64,000 nucleotides of DNA from Mustelus asterias (GCF_964213995.1 NC_135803.1:121396001-121460000), one strand, 5' to 3'. Shown: positions 48,215 through 60,323, counted from the first letter of the stretch. Numbers and translations: made by a program. The notes: a model not told the origin generated them from the letters alone.

Positions 48215-48670
48215 ACAAAAGGACATAAGAACTAGGAGCAGAAGTAGGCCATCTGGCCCCTCAAGCCTGCTCTGCCATTCAGTAAGACCATGGCTGATCT
48301 TTTCCTGGACTTAGCTCCACTTACCCACCCGCTCACCATAACCTTTCATTCCTTTACTGTTCAAAGATCTACTATTCTTGCCTTAAAAACATTCAATGAG
48401 GTAGCCTCAACTGCTTCACTGGGCAGGGAATTCCACAGATTCACAACCCTTTGTGTGAAGAAGTTCCTCCTCAACTCAGTCCTAAATCTGCTCCCCCTTC
48501 TTTTGATGCCATGCCCCCTAGCTCTAGTTTCACCTGCCACTGGAAACAACCTTCCTGCTTCTATCTTATCTATTCCCTTCATAATCTTATATGTTTCTAT
48601 AAGATCCTCCCTCATTCTTCTGAATTCCAATGAGTATAGTCCCAGTCTACTCAGTCTCTCCTCATAAGCC
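48215..48670 (-). mobile_element. CR1 LINE 3' end
   Basis: YEERLSRLGLYSLEFRRMREDLIETYK...FFTQRVVNLWNSLP. Confidence 0.92.
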
Positions 48671-48714
48671 ATATGAGAGATGGAAGCTTCTTGAGCACAC
48701 CTCTAACATTTTTT

Positions 48715-48920
48715 GATTTGATTTATTATTGTCACATGTATTAGCATACAGTGAAAAGTATAGTTTCTTGTGCGCTATGCAGACAAAGCATACCATTCAG
48801 AAAGAAGGAAACGAGAGAGTGCAGAATGTTGTGTTACAGTCATAGCTAGGGGGTAGAGAAAGATCACCTCAGTGTGAGGTAGGTCCATTCAAAAGTCTGA
48901 CAGCAGCAGGGAAGAAGCTG
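48715..48920 (-). mobile_element. Rex1/Babar 3' tail (another at ~51050-51145)
   Basis: TTTGATTTGATTTATTATTGTCACATGTA matches the other Rex1 tails. Confidence 0.8.
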
Positions 48921-49335
48921 TAATTTTATGAGTAGTTTCATGAAAAACTGCTAAAATTGTATAACAAATTTGGAAAAAATAAACTACATCATGATTGCTT
49001 GCATTGTATTTCTTTCAGACAGATAATTTTTCAGAAAAAATGGAGGAAGGGAATTGGTTGCTTTTGCCTGGATTGCTCATTCCTGAAGAATATATTTTAT
49101 ACAATGTTATAATCAGAGAAGTATGATTGTTGCATTTTTCTACAGATACTCAAAGTGTGACATAGGCCATGCATACAACTTTTAATTATACATATATGTA
49201 TATTTTCCCATCTCAATTGAATATCAGGTGCAATTTCTTTATTCTATGCTTACAAAGAAAGGTGAGTTAAATGCCAATACCTGCCAGGAATACTACTGCT
49301 GTTTGAAATGTAGGATCATAGGATTTCACATATTA

Positions 49336-49654
49336 GGGCAGCAAGGTGGCACAGTGGTTAGCACTGCTACCTCACAGCGCCAGGGACGCGGATTCAATTC
49401 CCAGCTTGGGTCACTGACTGTGTGGAGTTTGCATATTCTCCCCGTGTCTGTGTGGGTTTCCTCTGGATGCTCTGGTTTCCTCAAAGATGTGCGAGGTAGG
49501 TGGATTGGCTATGATAAATTGTCCATTCGTGTCAGGGGGATTAGCAGGGTAAATATATGGGGTTACAGGGATAGGGCCTGAGTGGCATCATTGTCGGTGC
49601 AGACTCGATGGGCCGAATGGCCTCCTTCCACACTGTAGTGATTCTATGATTCTA
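49336..49654 (+). mobile_element. HE1 SINE
   Basis: Head, V-domain and tail ATTCTATGATTCTA. Confidence 0.9.
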
Positions 49655-50252
49655 GTTTGTGTAATGGCATATATATACTATCACTTTAATACATATTTAT
49701 CATTCCTTTCCATGAATATTTATTACATCACAATTTAGCACTGATTTTTATCCATTTACATCTACCCAACTTTGCATTCCAAGTTGCGTACACAGTGACC
49801 TAATCATTTTGTAAAGCTAAATGCATTGCATGCTTAAAGGTTAGCGAAAAACAATCAGGCCTTTCTAAGCCTTCCTAGATATTAGATCTGGATATAGTGC
49901 ATTAAACACACTAACATATTCCTAACCATACAATCTCTTTGAAGAGGCAGGAATTCTAATTCAACATTTATTCCTGAAAACTATAAAATGTATCATAAAT
50001 TGCAAGAAATCTTACTGCTTCAATTCAAAACAATTATGGAAGAGACTGTAAAAATCCATCTGTGAGCATTCACAAACTCTGCCTTGAGATATATGTGTGT
50101 TGGCTTTTTTAAAATCTCTCTGCATTCTTGCTGACATGTTTTATGTATCTTTGCATTTCTGATTTCATTCTGAGTCTATATTTCCCCGGTTACTAAGATA
50201 TATGCAGCACTTTCACTGTTCTTGCAGTGTGCACAGCATGTATGTGTCAACT

Positions 50253-50636
50253 GTGGCTCAGTAGCTAACCTCAGAGTCAGAAGGTTGTGGATTTATGCCC
50301 CACTCCAGAGATTTGTTCATAAATCTAAGCTACCCTCCCAGTGGTGTGCTGAGGGAATGCTGCACTCCAGAAGGTGCTGTCTTTCCAATGATGACTTCAA
50401 ACCCATGGCCATACCTGCCCTACCAGGTGGACAGTATTTGAAGAGCAGAGGAGTTACCCCAACGCCCTGGTCAATATTTGCCCTTCATCCAACTAAACAA
50501 CAGACCGTTATTTGGTTATTGTTATACATTTGGCTGCCAAATGTCTAACATTACAACAGTGATTTCATTTCAAAAAGTTTTCATTGGATATAAAGCTCTC
50601 TGGGTCATCCTAAGATCATGAAAGACAGATATAAAT
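50253..50636 (+). mobile_element. SacSINE1-like Deu-domain SINE (ancient)
   Basis: GAGGGAATGCTGCACTCCAGAAGGTGCTGTCTTT...CAGGTGGAC...GAAGAGCAG...CCTGGTCAATATTT resembles the recalled Deu domain; L2-type tail ...TGAAAGAC...ATATAAAT. Confidence 0.7.
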
Positions 50637-50642
50637 ATTGAG

Positions 50643-50927
50643 ACGGCATGGTTGCACAGTGGTTAGCACTACTGCCTCACTGCGCCAGGGACCCGGGTTT
50701 GATTCCTGGCTTGGGTCACCGTCTGTGTGGTTTTGCACGTTCTCTCCGTGTCTGCGTGGGTTTCCTCCGGGTGCTCCGGTTTCCTCCCACATTCTGAAAG
50801 ACGTGCTGCTGGTTAGGTGCATTGACCCAAACTGGTGCCGGACTGTGGCAACTAGGGGAATTTCACAGTAACTTCATTGCAGTGTTAATGTAAGCCTTAC
50901 TTGTGACTAACAAATAAACTTTACTTT
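50643..50927 (+). mobile_element. HE1-headed SINE with alternative (non-CR1) tail
   Basis: Same head and V-domain as HE1; tail CTAGGGGAATTTCACAGTAACTTCATTGCAGTGTTAATGTAAGCCTTACTTGTGACTAACAAATAAAC. Confidence 0.85.
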
Positions 50928-51329
50928 AAGTATAGCCCCATCAGGTTACACAATTTGAAATCTAGCCAAGCAAACAAAAATATATTTTCATGTTTGATTA
51001 CTTGGTGGATCTTTTTACTGATCTCACCTTACTTTATGTCTATGAGCATTTGATTTGATTTTGATTTATTATTGTCACATGTATTAATATGCAGTGAAAA
51101 GTATTGTTTCTTGCATGCTCGACAGACAAAGCATACCATTCATAGAGACTGATCAATAGTTGAAAGATTATTTTCACTTATTGAAGAACACAGTTTGGGT
51201 TTGTAATTAGTGTTAGACACATAATGGTGAGGTAGGATTTTTTTTTCATGCAAAGGTACATTAAAATCTGGAATACATTAGAATACATGACTACCAATTC
51301 AACCAGACCATTTAAATACGTGAGTAAAC

Positions 51330-53540
51330 ACTTGAAGGGGAAAGTTCAAGGAAATTGGACCTTTGCTTTGCTAAATGACACAAAACTTAAATGTGGGGGG
51401 GATAGTTATAACCTTGTAAGAGGACATAGATAGACTAGTGGAGCAGGCATGTGTGTGGAAACAAATTTTAATGCAAAGAAGTGTGAAGTAATTCACTTTA
51501 GTAGCAAGAAAAAGAGAAGCAATACAAAATAAAAGATACAAATCTAAAGTGGGTGCAGGAACAGAGAGACCTATGCACAAATCATTGGAGGTGGCTGGGC
51601 AGGTTGAAAAAGTGGTTCATAAAGTAAACTGCATCCTGGACTTTATAAATAGGGACATAATACAAAAGCAAGAATGTTATCAGCTGAAATATTGGCCTGG
51701 ATTTTCATACCCAAGGCACGTGCCTAGACTCAGCAAATTTCCCTCATTGAAATGCCTGCCTCAGTACTTTGGCACTTTGTTCCAGTTGTATAGTTGAATA
51801 TTAGGTCCTCTGGTCTTCATCCTTTACCTCTCACCCCCATTCTCCCCACCCCATTGCACTCCCCATGGCCCAACCAACCTCAAATGGCCCCTCAAAGCCA
51901 CCTATGTCCCCCTCAATCCCATGGTTTCTTATAGCCCTATTGCCAACTTAGTACCAACTCATGCCAACCGATGACCACCACCTTTTGCCCTGAAGCCTTC
52001 CATGCCAACTCATCCAGTATCCCCAATAGGCAGACCTGAGGAGTGATACTGAGATGAAATAGAAATGGTCTAAGTATCTATTACGGACATCACTATGTAA
52101 AACAAAGTGATAAAAGCTCTCATTCAATATATTTAAATCTCCTTGCAAGTACTTGATCTCTTTATAAAAATAAATATTTAGATTCATAACCTCACAAAGA
52201 TAACTAATCTCTTAATAATCTCTTGGAGCTGTCAATCAAATTGTGAATTTAACACCGTGTCACCGCCCCCCCCCCCCCCACTATGATAATAACAGGTTGA
52301 GGCACATTTAAAGCGGTATTAATATGCTAAGGTTTGCCTTTAAGATTATGTCAACAAATAGCTACTGAAATTGCATGGAACATTTTTTCTCAGTTGGGTT
52401 TTTTTCAAAATTTAATTGGCAGGAGGTTTAAATATCCTGACAGCTTAACTGTTCTTCAGACCTTATCTGCATTTTGCAAGCGTTTACATCTACTCTTAAA
52501 AATTGTAACTCACATACTGAGGGATAAGGCCCTTACTCTTGCAAAAATGAGGGCTGTTTGAACTCAGCACTGTATTCTAGTGGCCCTGCTGGGACTAACA
52601 TCCTGACCCCGTTCCCCTACCAGCAAAAGTAGGATCTGTCAGAATGATAGGTGGGACTTCTGGATTTAGGGTCACAATGTCATTTGGATGCGGCAGGCAT
52701 GGTAGCACAGTGGTTAGCATTGCTGCTTCACAGCTCCAGGGTCCCGGGTTCGATGCTCGGGTCACTGTCTGTGTGGAGTTTGCACATTCTCCTCGTGTCT
52801 GCGTGGGTTTCCTCCGGGTGCTCCGGTTTCCTCCCATAGTCCAAAGATGTGCGGGTTAGGTTGATTGGCCAGGTTAAAAATTGTCCCTTAGAGTCCTGGG
52901 ATGCGTAGGTTAGAGGGATTAGCGGGTAAATATGTGGGGGTAGGGCCTGGGTGGGATTGTGGTCGGTGCAGACTCGATGGGCCGAATGGCCTCCTTCTGC
53001 ACTGTAGGGATTCTATGATTCTATGAGGTGTAGAATCTTTAGGAATCCAGAAAATCATGCCATTGGATCCAATTCTGGGCATGACATTTTAGGAATGATG
53101 AGCAGGCATTTGAGAGGGTATGAACAGAATTAGTAGATTAGATCTTTGGACCTTTTCCAAGGATAGGTTGGAAAAGCTGAGGTTCATCACCTTAGTGAAG
53201 GGAAGATTAAGAGGAGATTTTATGAAAATGTTCAAAACCAAGAGGGGATTGCACAGAGTTGATATGGGGAAATTGTTCTCATTGGCTGAAGGCTCAAGAC
53301 CAGAGGATGCTGATTTAAGTTGATTGACAAAAGAAACAATGGTGACGTGAGGTTTTTTTAATACAGTGTATTATTAAGATCTGGAATGTTCTGTGTGAGA
53401 ATGCAGTGGAGGCACTTGAAATCAAGGCATTCAAAATAGAATTTGTCAATTATCTGAAGAGGAAACATTTGCAAGGCTATGTACAAAAGGCGGGGAAGTG
53501 GGACGAAGTGAATTGTCTTTGCAGAGAACTGCCACATACA
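51330..53540 (+). mobile_element. Old CR1 remnant interrupted by a TIR element (~51693-53062) that itself contains HE1
   Basis: CR1 motifs (TTTGCTAAATGACACAAAAC; RLRGDF) on both sides; TIR-like GGCCTGGATTTTC / GAAAATCATGCC. Confidence 0.6.
52696..53025 (+). mobile_element. HE1 SINE (young)
   Basis: Head, V-domain and tail (ATTCTATG)2. Confidence 0.92.
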
Positions 53541-53545
53541 CAACG

Positions 53546-53670
53546 GGGCAAATTTTCCTGTTCCACCTGCCACAGGGATCGTAGCAGGCAAGGGGCGGAC
53601 CATGGAAAGGTCCATTGACCTCGGCAGGATTTTCCGATTTGGGGTGAGCGTGGCCAGAAAATCCCACCCA
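53546..53670. mobile_element. Short Harbinger-type MITE
   Basis: Ends GGGGCAAATTTTC / GAAAATCCCACCC. Confidence 0.55.
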
Positions 53671-53729
53671 ATGAGACAATAGCCTCCTTTTGAGCTGATC
53701 TATGCTTCCATCCAGTGTGTATGTTCCTA

Positions 53730-53814
53730 AAAGGAGCAGTGCTCCGAAAGCTTATGGTATTTGCTACCAAATAAACCTGTTGGACTTTAACCTGGTGTTG
53801 TGAGACTTCTTACT
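53730..53814 (+). mobile_element. PLE pseudo-LTR fragment (3' half of hammerhead)
   Basis: GGAGCAGTGCTCCGAAAGCTT...CCAAATAAACCTGTTGGACTTTAACCTGGTGTTGTGAG matches 7960-8040; the CTGATGA core is missing. Confidence 0.8.
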
Positions 53815-54451
53815 CCATCCAGTAAAACAGCTCCAATGTGCAGCCTACAGGATTGGCCGTAATGACCTCCTTCTGGACTTAAGTACTGATGATCCAGTGA
53901 TCATAGTTTCCATATTTTTGTATTTGTGTTGAGAGCATTGCTGGTTCAAACATAACAATTAGATGTTCTAGTAGCATAACTTCATTACTTATAATTCAGT
54001 AGACGCTAACCTGGAAACTTACACAGTGACTCCTGTAGATAAATACAGGTTACAATGTAATCAAAGGATATCTAATCAGAGATTAGTTACGCTCCGGAGA
54101 TAGAAAATTTGTTATTAGGCTATTTGCGGTCTGGAAGTAGTTTACAGGATGGCAGGTTTGCTGAAAACTGATTTAAAGTATAACTTTTCAACAAACTAAT
54201 TGCTGGTTGTACTGCAAATATGTAATCATTTATATCATATACATGGCAGGTCAAACTGTTCTTTTGGGGTTGAAAGCAGCACCATTGTTAGTAATTAGTA
54301 TTTTATTAGCAACTCCAGAGCATAATTTTACTGGTGGCAGTTGGAAGAGTGAATTGTCTTTTTTTCTACATAATAGTTTTTTTCCTCCCATTTCTTGATA
54401 TTGATGTGAAGGTTCAATATGGGTAAATACAGCTAATTGAGCTTTCTAAAA

Positions 54452-54810
54452 AAAAGTTTATTTATTAGTCACAAGTAAGGCTTACATTAACACTGCAATG
54501 AAGTTACTGTGAAATTCCCCGAGTCGTCACACTCCCGTGCCTATTCAGGTCAATGAACCTAACCAGCACATCTTTCAGACTGTGGGAGGAAACTGGAGCA
54601 CCTGTAGGAAACCCACACAGACACGGGGAGAATGTGCAAACTCCACACAGTGACCCAAGCCAGGAATTGAACCCGGGTCCCTGGTGCTGTGAGGCAGCAG
54701 TGCTAACCACAGACACTAGAGTGTGGTGACTAGGGGATTTTCGCAGTAACTTCATTACAGTGTTGATGTAAGTCTACTTATGACAATAATAAATGAACTT
54801 TAAACTTAAA
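54452..54810 (-). mobile_element. Alternative-tail HE1-like SINE fused head-on to an inverted copy of its own tail
   Basis: Minus-strand SINE at 54452-54710, then a plus-strand tail at 54718-54810. Confidence 0.8.
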
Positions 54811-55004
54811 CTGTAAATTACGCATTTAACCGTGCGTGTGGACGCCAGAAGTTACTGTCGGATTTCCCCTGTAACAATGGCGAGCGCTGAAAGCATCGCT
54901 GTTATTATTACAGTAAAATAAGGGCCATTGTTTGTCTCAGTGGGACAGTTTTAACATTGTTAAATTGTACAACACAGCGGGGCACCCTTGACAAATACTT
55001 ATTA

Positions 55005-55020
55005 CAGTGCCACCTACAGG
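55005..55020 (-). promoter_or_regulatory. Candidate CTCF-binding site
   Basis: Minus strand CCTGTAGGTGGCACTG matches the CTCF core by eye; located in non-repeat sequence. Confidence 0.45.
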
Positions 55021-55739
55021 GGTAACAGGTACTTCAGGATGTTTCAATGACATTACCAACCACATAGCAAGTTTAACATTGGGTTGGATTTTGCGGTGCC
55101 AGTCTAGGCGACGCATTCAACGCTCACTGCTACCGTACGCCAGAGAGGTCCCGCATTTCTGGGAATGCACTGTGCGCTGATCCGAATGTTGCGGTGGGTG
55201 AACCGCTCTTATCTCCAAGTGCTTGCTAATTCAAGCACCAAAAAAGGAACCAGCACAAATGTGTCCACTCAAATTAATCATATTTAAATTTTACGTCGGT
55301 ATTTTTAATTTAAAACACTTTATAAAAGTGATCATATGATCAAAATTATTGTACATTTTAAAAAAAATAACATTTTAATTTTGTAAAATATCCACTGAAA
55401 TTGTGTTTTTTCGATGCCTTTTCAATATGATTTTGAAGAGCCTCTTTTTCATACATTATTCTCCATCCCCTTTTGATGCATCAGTCAGTGCAGTGATTGT
55501 AAGTCATGCCCAAAGTCTGGGCCTGGCTGCTGCCCCCGCCGGGGGGGGGGGATGATCCTCCCTCAAGGCAGCCAAATTCTTGCTCTTGGGATCAGTTTTC
55601 CGGCCGTTATACAATAGATAATGCAATTCAGACAGATGTAGATTAGAGCAGGCATCTTAACACATTATATATAGATATATAGAGAGTAAAATAATCGTCA
55701 ATCCACATTTTAATGTCTGAACTACAGTAACCAAACCAA

Positions 55740-56177
55740 TCATGAAAACCCTACAGTGCAGAAGCAGGCCATTCGGCCCATCATGTCTACACTGACTCTC
55801 CGAGTGAGCATTCCACCCAGACTCTATTCCCCTAATCCCATTGAGCCCACTACTCCCCTATCCTACACATTTTGGGACCCTAAGAGGCAACTTAACTCTT
55901 GGCTGCAAACTCATACCTGCACCTGCCACCCCTTTCTCTTCAACTTGGCATGCCACTTAGAGAGAATCCCTACTGTGCAGGAGGAGGCCATTTGGCCCAT
56001 TGAATCTGCACTGACTCTGAAAGAGCATCTTACCCAGGTCCACCATTCCCCCAATCTCTGTAACCCCATGCATTTGCAATGGCTAGCCCACCTAACCTAT
56101 GCATCTGTGGATACTAAGGGGCAATTTAGCATGGCCAATCCACCTAATATGCATATCTTTAGACTGTGGGAGGGAAC
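55740..56177 (-). mobile_element. Two partial HE1 SINE 3' halves
   Basis: CCCTACAGTGCAG...GGCCATTCGGCCC and GGGGCAATTTAGCATGGCCAATC...GACTGTGGGAGG. Confidence 0.75.
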
Positions 56178-58281
56178 CAGTTTTAGATATCTCCATTCCT
56201 TTGCATTGTATATCTATGTTGTGTGATATCTTTATTTCTAATTCATTTGGTAAAACATATATAATAGTTTGCCTGTACAGTTACAGTCTTAATAACATGC
56301 TTTCAAAAGACAAATGTGATCTTATGTAATATAGGATCTTAATAGCTGTGTACTGGCATTACAGATTTCCAGCAATGCTAAATATACATAGGTGCAAACA
56401 TAAATGAATTGAAAAATGTCTAGATAACTTGTGCTCTTCCTGGGGAGAAGCAATTGTAGCATCGCAAGATACAAAATAGTTGATAATTGTGTTGCTCGTG
56501 TGAAATGTCTCTATCCAAATGGAGAATTCATCGCTAACTGCGTTCAACACTTTAAATCCATCTCATTAGCAAAGGAAGCAGCTGCATCTGACAGTGAGGA
56601 TCCCAAGCAAGCGCCACGGGCTAATTCTGATGCAGCAAATCTCACTGAGTGTTATGAGTTCTCTAATCCAACCGCCAGCAAACATGAGACTTGAATCTGT
56701 TGTTGGTGTGGTTAAGGAAGCTCTAATGTACAATCTGCTAACCAGTGTGGAAATTGTTGCTGCTGTGTAGGTGGATTCTGCTGCAAGTGGGAGAGAGCGA
56801 GGAAGAGGCCCAAGCAAGGAGGTAAAGAAACTAGTCCCCACCATGGTGATGGTTTCCAATCTGAGAGCCTGCTGAGGAAGTGGTTGGCAGCCAAATCACA
56901 TCTCCCAGTAAAACCTTTCTTTGTGATAACTACTTTGTAGACGAATGTTCTGTAAGCAGGAAGCAAATCACAACATTTTCCAAAATGACGGAACATTACA
57001 TTTCATGGTTTATTCTGTGCTTAAGTTGTAACAGAAAATGCCACAGCAAATTTTAGAATGCAAAAAATAAGATTTCTTTCCACAAAATGAATGAGTTTAC
57101 TTTTTTTGGAGTCATGGCTGTTGTTCCCTGTGGTAACATGACTGAAATCTGTACTAAATTCGGGCAAAAACTATAGTTCAAGATGGGAGCTTATTCACGT
57201 TTTGGCCCTTACCTTATATTTTCACCTGAATGCAATGGTGTGTAATGATGTGGTTCTATATCTGTTGGTAGCCCTCCATTGTGTGTGAGCAAACAGTGAA
57301 TACCGATACTGGAGTTATTTAGGGGGCACGTCGTTACTGCTGAGGTCCAAGCCTCATCATCTTGAGGCTTCACTTATTAACATCCATCCACCACAGGCTT
57401 CAATTATTCTAGAATCTACTTCAGATTCTATCCACATTCAACACCCATCCAACTTTCTTTATGGCCTTCACGTGTGATCTCGAGCTGTACATTTTTGCAA
57501 AAACTATACCCTCCACTCTTATGACACTGCCTATTTCTTTGCCCAATTCCTCTGTTTCATTGTTGCCATCCATTCACTCAGCCGTTATATAAGCAGCTTT
57601 TGAAGCACCACTCTCTCCTGAAATACTCCTGCTCACCACGTCTGGTGCTGATCTGGTCCGGCCATTAATTTCCAGATCTGCCAAGACCATGTTCAGCACA
57701 GATGTCACATTACGCTCAACCTCCTACTATTTCAGACCACCCAATAGGGAATGCTTCATTTCCTCTATGTCACAATGCCTCCTCAAACCACTTTCCGAGC
57801 TCCTTTATTCTTCTCTTCACCCCAAATACTAACTGCAGAGATTTTCGAAATTTCCCCTCTCAGATTAAGACCATCTATGCAGTTGTGTCTACCAAAGGTG
57901 ACCAAAGCTTCTCTTCCTCCTGCTCCTGATTTGCCACCAGTCATTTGTCAATTCTACCTTTCAGTGCACATTACTTAGCAATTTCTCCCACGTCTGCATT
58001 TGACCTCTCAAGCTCATTTCTTCCATGAGACCCCAACTCCTGCTCCTTTGAATTTTTCCCCCACTCAGGAACACCTCCTTGTCCTCAGATTGCTGTCTAG
58101 AAATTACTCTTTGTTTCAGATACCATTCATTCCCCTTTCAAAAACTACATTATCCTCTTATGCAGAAAAAAAATCCATCCTCTCTGGCCACCATCTCATC
58201 ACTAACATTTCCCTCTCAAAACGTGTTCTAATACATTGTCACCTTCCAGCTCCCTGCCTATGTCTCCAAAAGCTCATTGTT

Positions 58282-58327
58282 TGAATTCATTTGGTCCAAT
58301 ATCTACTGAATTCATTTGGTCCAATAT
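58282..58327 (+). repeat. 21-bp direct repeat TGAATTCATTTGGTCCAATAT x2
   Basis: 58282-58302 and 58307-58327 are identical. Confidence 0.9.
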
Positions 58328-58372
58328 GTAATCTTTTTGCAGTACCAATACTATAGTCAAAGTCACACCTGA

Positions 58373-58655
58373 GTTTTTTTTTGTTTAGATCCAATACAAT
58401 CCAATCAAAGTCCAATTCAAAGTCTCAGCAAGTGAGACATTCCAGATCCAAGCTGATACTTCCTGTCTTGGGCTGATCTACATGATCCAAGCTGATTGGA
58501 GCAGACATTGCACCTTCTCCAAGCTTGATCTCATTTGCATCTTAGCCAAAAGCTCGAGATGCCGCTTTAAAAAATTGCTTCAAATGAAGCCTCAGCGCGA
58601 CCTCATGACTTCAACCAAGTGCAGGATGCCAAAACTACACTTGATCTTAGCCAAA
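58373..58655 (-). mobile_element. U2 snRNA-headed short retroposon (SINEU-like / non-autonomous Keno-like)
   Basis: 5' end TTTGGCTAAGATCAAGTGTAGT equals U2 nt 16-37. Internal U2 nt 4-27 mimic (21/24). A9 tail at 58374-58382. Perfect 15-bp TSD CAAAGTCACACCTGA (58358-58372, 58652-58666). Confidence 0.8.
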
Positions 58656-60323
58656 GTCACACCTGAAATTGGGATATGAGTGTGACTGTATTATCCCTCC
58701 TTGTCTTCCTCAACCTTTTTACTGCATTTGATATGGTTAACAAATTTCTTTTTGTCCAGCTCCATAGGACTGGGTTTGCACGATTCCATCCTTATTTGTT
58801 TGAATACAACTCAAGGTTCTCCATCAAAAGCTTTTGTTCCCATCCCTACGCTCTTCTAAAGATCTAACTTTCATTGTCTTATTTTACATGATGCCCATAC
58901 GATTTTTGCAACCTCCTTTGGTCTGGTTTTCCTTCCCAATACCCTTTGGTCCTCCTGCTCTAGGCATTTATGCATTCCCCCATAATCTTTGCCTCGCGAG
59001 TAATATAAATTATCTGGAATACCTACCTTAAACCCCTCAGTTCCCAAAACCTACTCAAAATTAATATTTTCAACAAAACTGTCATCACCAAACTCTTCCA
59101 CACAGCTTGCTCTCAATTCCTTTTAAAATATATTTTTCTTTTCACCACAGTATACCCACCCTCCACCTGCCATTAAAGGTGTGATAATAATTGCAAGTTG
59201 TTGCCATTGTGCATGGAAAAATCATTCCCCAACAAATGTTAAGTGAGCTCAAAATATACATAGAATTTTAATTCAAAGAGAATGAGGTACCTACTGAAAA
59301 TATTACTTAGGCAAGTTTATAGACAAGAACTGGCCTAGGGGAGAATTCTACTCAGTTAATTAGTCAAGAAATGAAATGACAGGTCGATTGGTGTTTGTTC
59401 CTTGCTTAGTGAAATACGATGACACATTAATTTGTGTCTTCATCATTGTTTGAATAGTTCTAGGGTACCACTGATAAGTTAGTTTAGTTTTTTTTGTCAT
59501 CAAGCTGTATATTGAAAGTTGGTGAACTATTAATTACATTCTTACATCATCCTTGAATAGTTTTAGTGAGCCAACCTTGAAATATTGCAAAACTTAATAA
59601 TTTCATTTTAATTTTAAAAAGCCACTGTTTTTTTAAAAAAATGACTGAAGAATTATCCTAAACCCGAAAGCTCAAAGGTGTGAAAAGGGTGAAGACTGGT
59701 GGAATTATCAGGGGAATTAACTTGAAGGAGTTAGAGTCTGACAAGTGCAAAGAAAGATAAATATTCCCAATTGAAGCTGAAATGTTCTGAATTAATGATG
59801 TGTGCAACTGCTGATATTAATTCAATTCTGTCAGCACCGTGCTGGTTCCAGAACTCCAAAGCAATGACTCCATTGTGATATCATGACAGCATGCTGAAAT
59901 TTAAAAAAGCAGAAAAATAGAGATAAATGAAAGGTGTTGCTATTCATGGTAATGTGGAATTTGTTTTAAAATGGTGTTCACTAATGAGTTTTATTGCAGT
60001 TGTTACGTGAACACAAAGTTGGCTTCTTGAACTTGTGCTACAAGCCAATTTGTGAGAAGATCCTGTTTACAAAGTGCATGATCTTTTTTCTTTTATAATT
60101 ATCTCCTGATGCATCAAGAGGAGACCATAAATGTCAATAGGGTGGCATACTAGCTACGACGTGATGGAATCATAATCTCTTTAAGTGCATTGGCATTTCA
60201 GTTGTATGAAGACAGAATAGGAACAAGTTTTTTTCACCTGCAACGTAACAGATTATTTAATGAATCTCAAATTCATGCATGGAATACTGTAAGAGATAAA
60301 ACTTAAGTCTTCTGAAAAAAGAA

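Larger units (their letters stand above)
57330..59000 (+). mobile_element. Highly decayed L2-like LINE RT remnant
   Basis: SLLVFLNLFTAFDMVN (cf. LLDLSAAFDTVDH) and AGTACCAATACTATAGTCAAAGTC (cf. STETAL.KV); pyrimidine-rich. Confidence 0.5.

Noticed and set aside
58634-58655. Functional U2 snRNA gene
   Set aside because: Only nt 16-37 are present; no remaining U2 body or snRNA promoter; poly(A) tail and TSD show retroposition.
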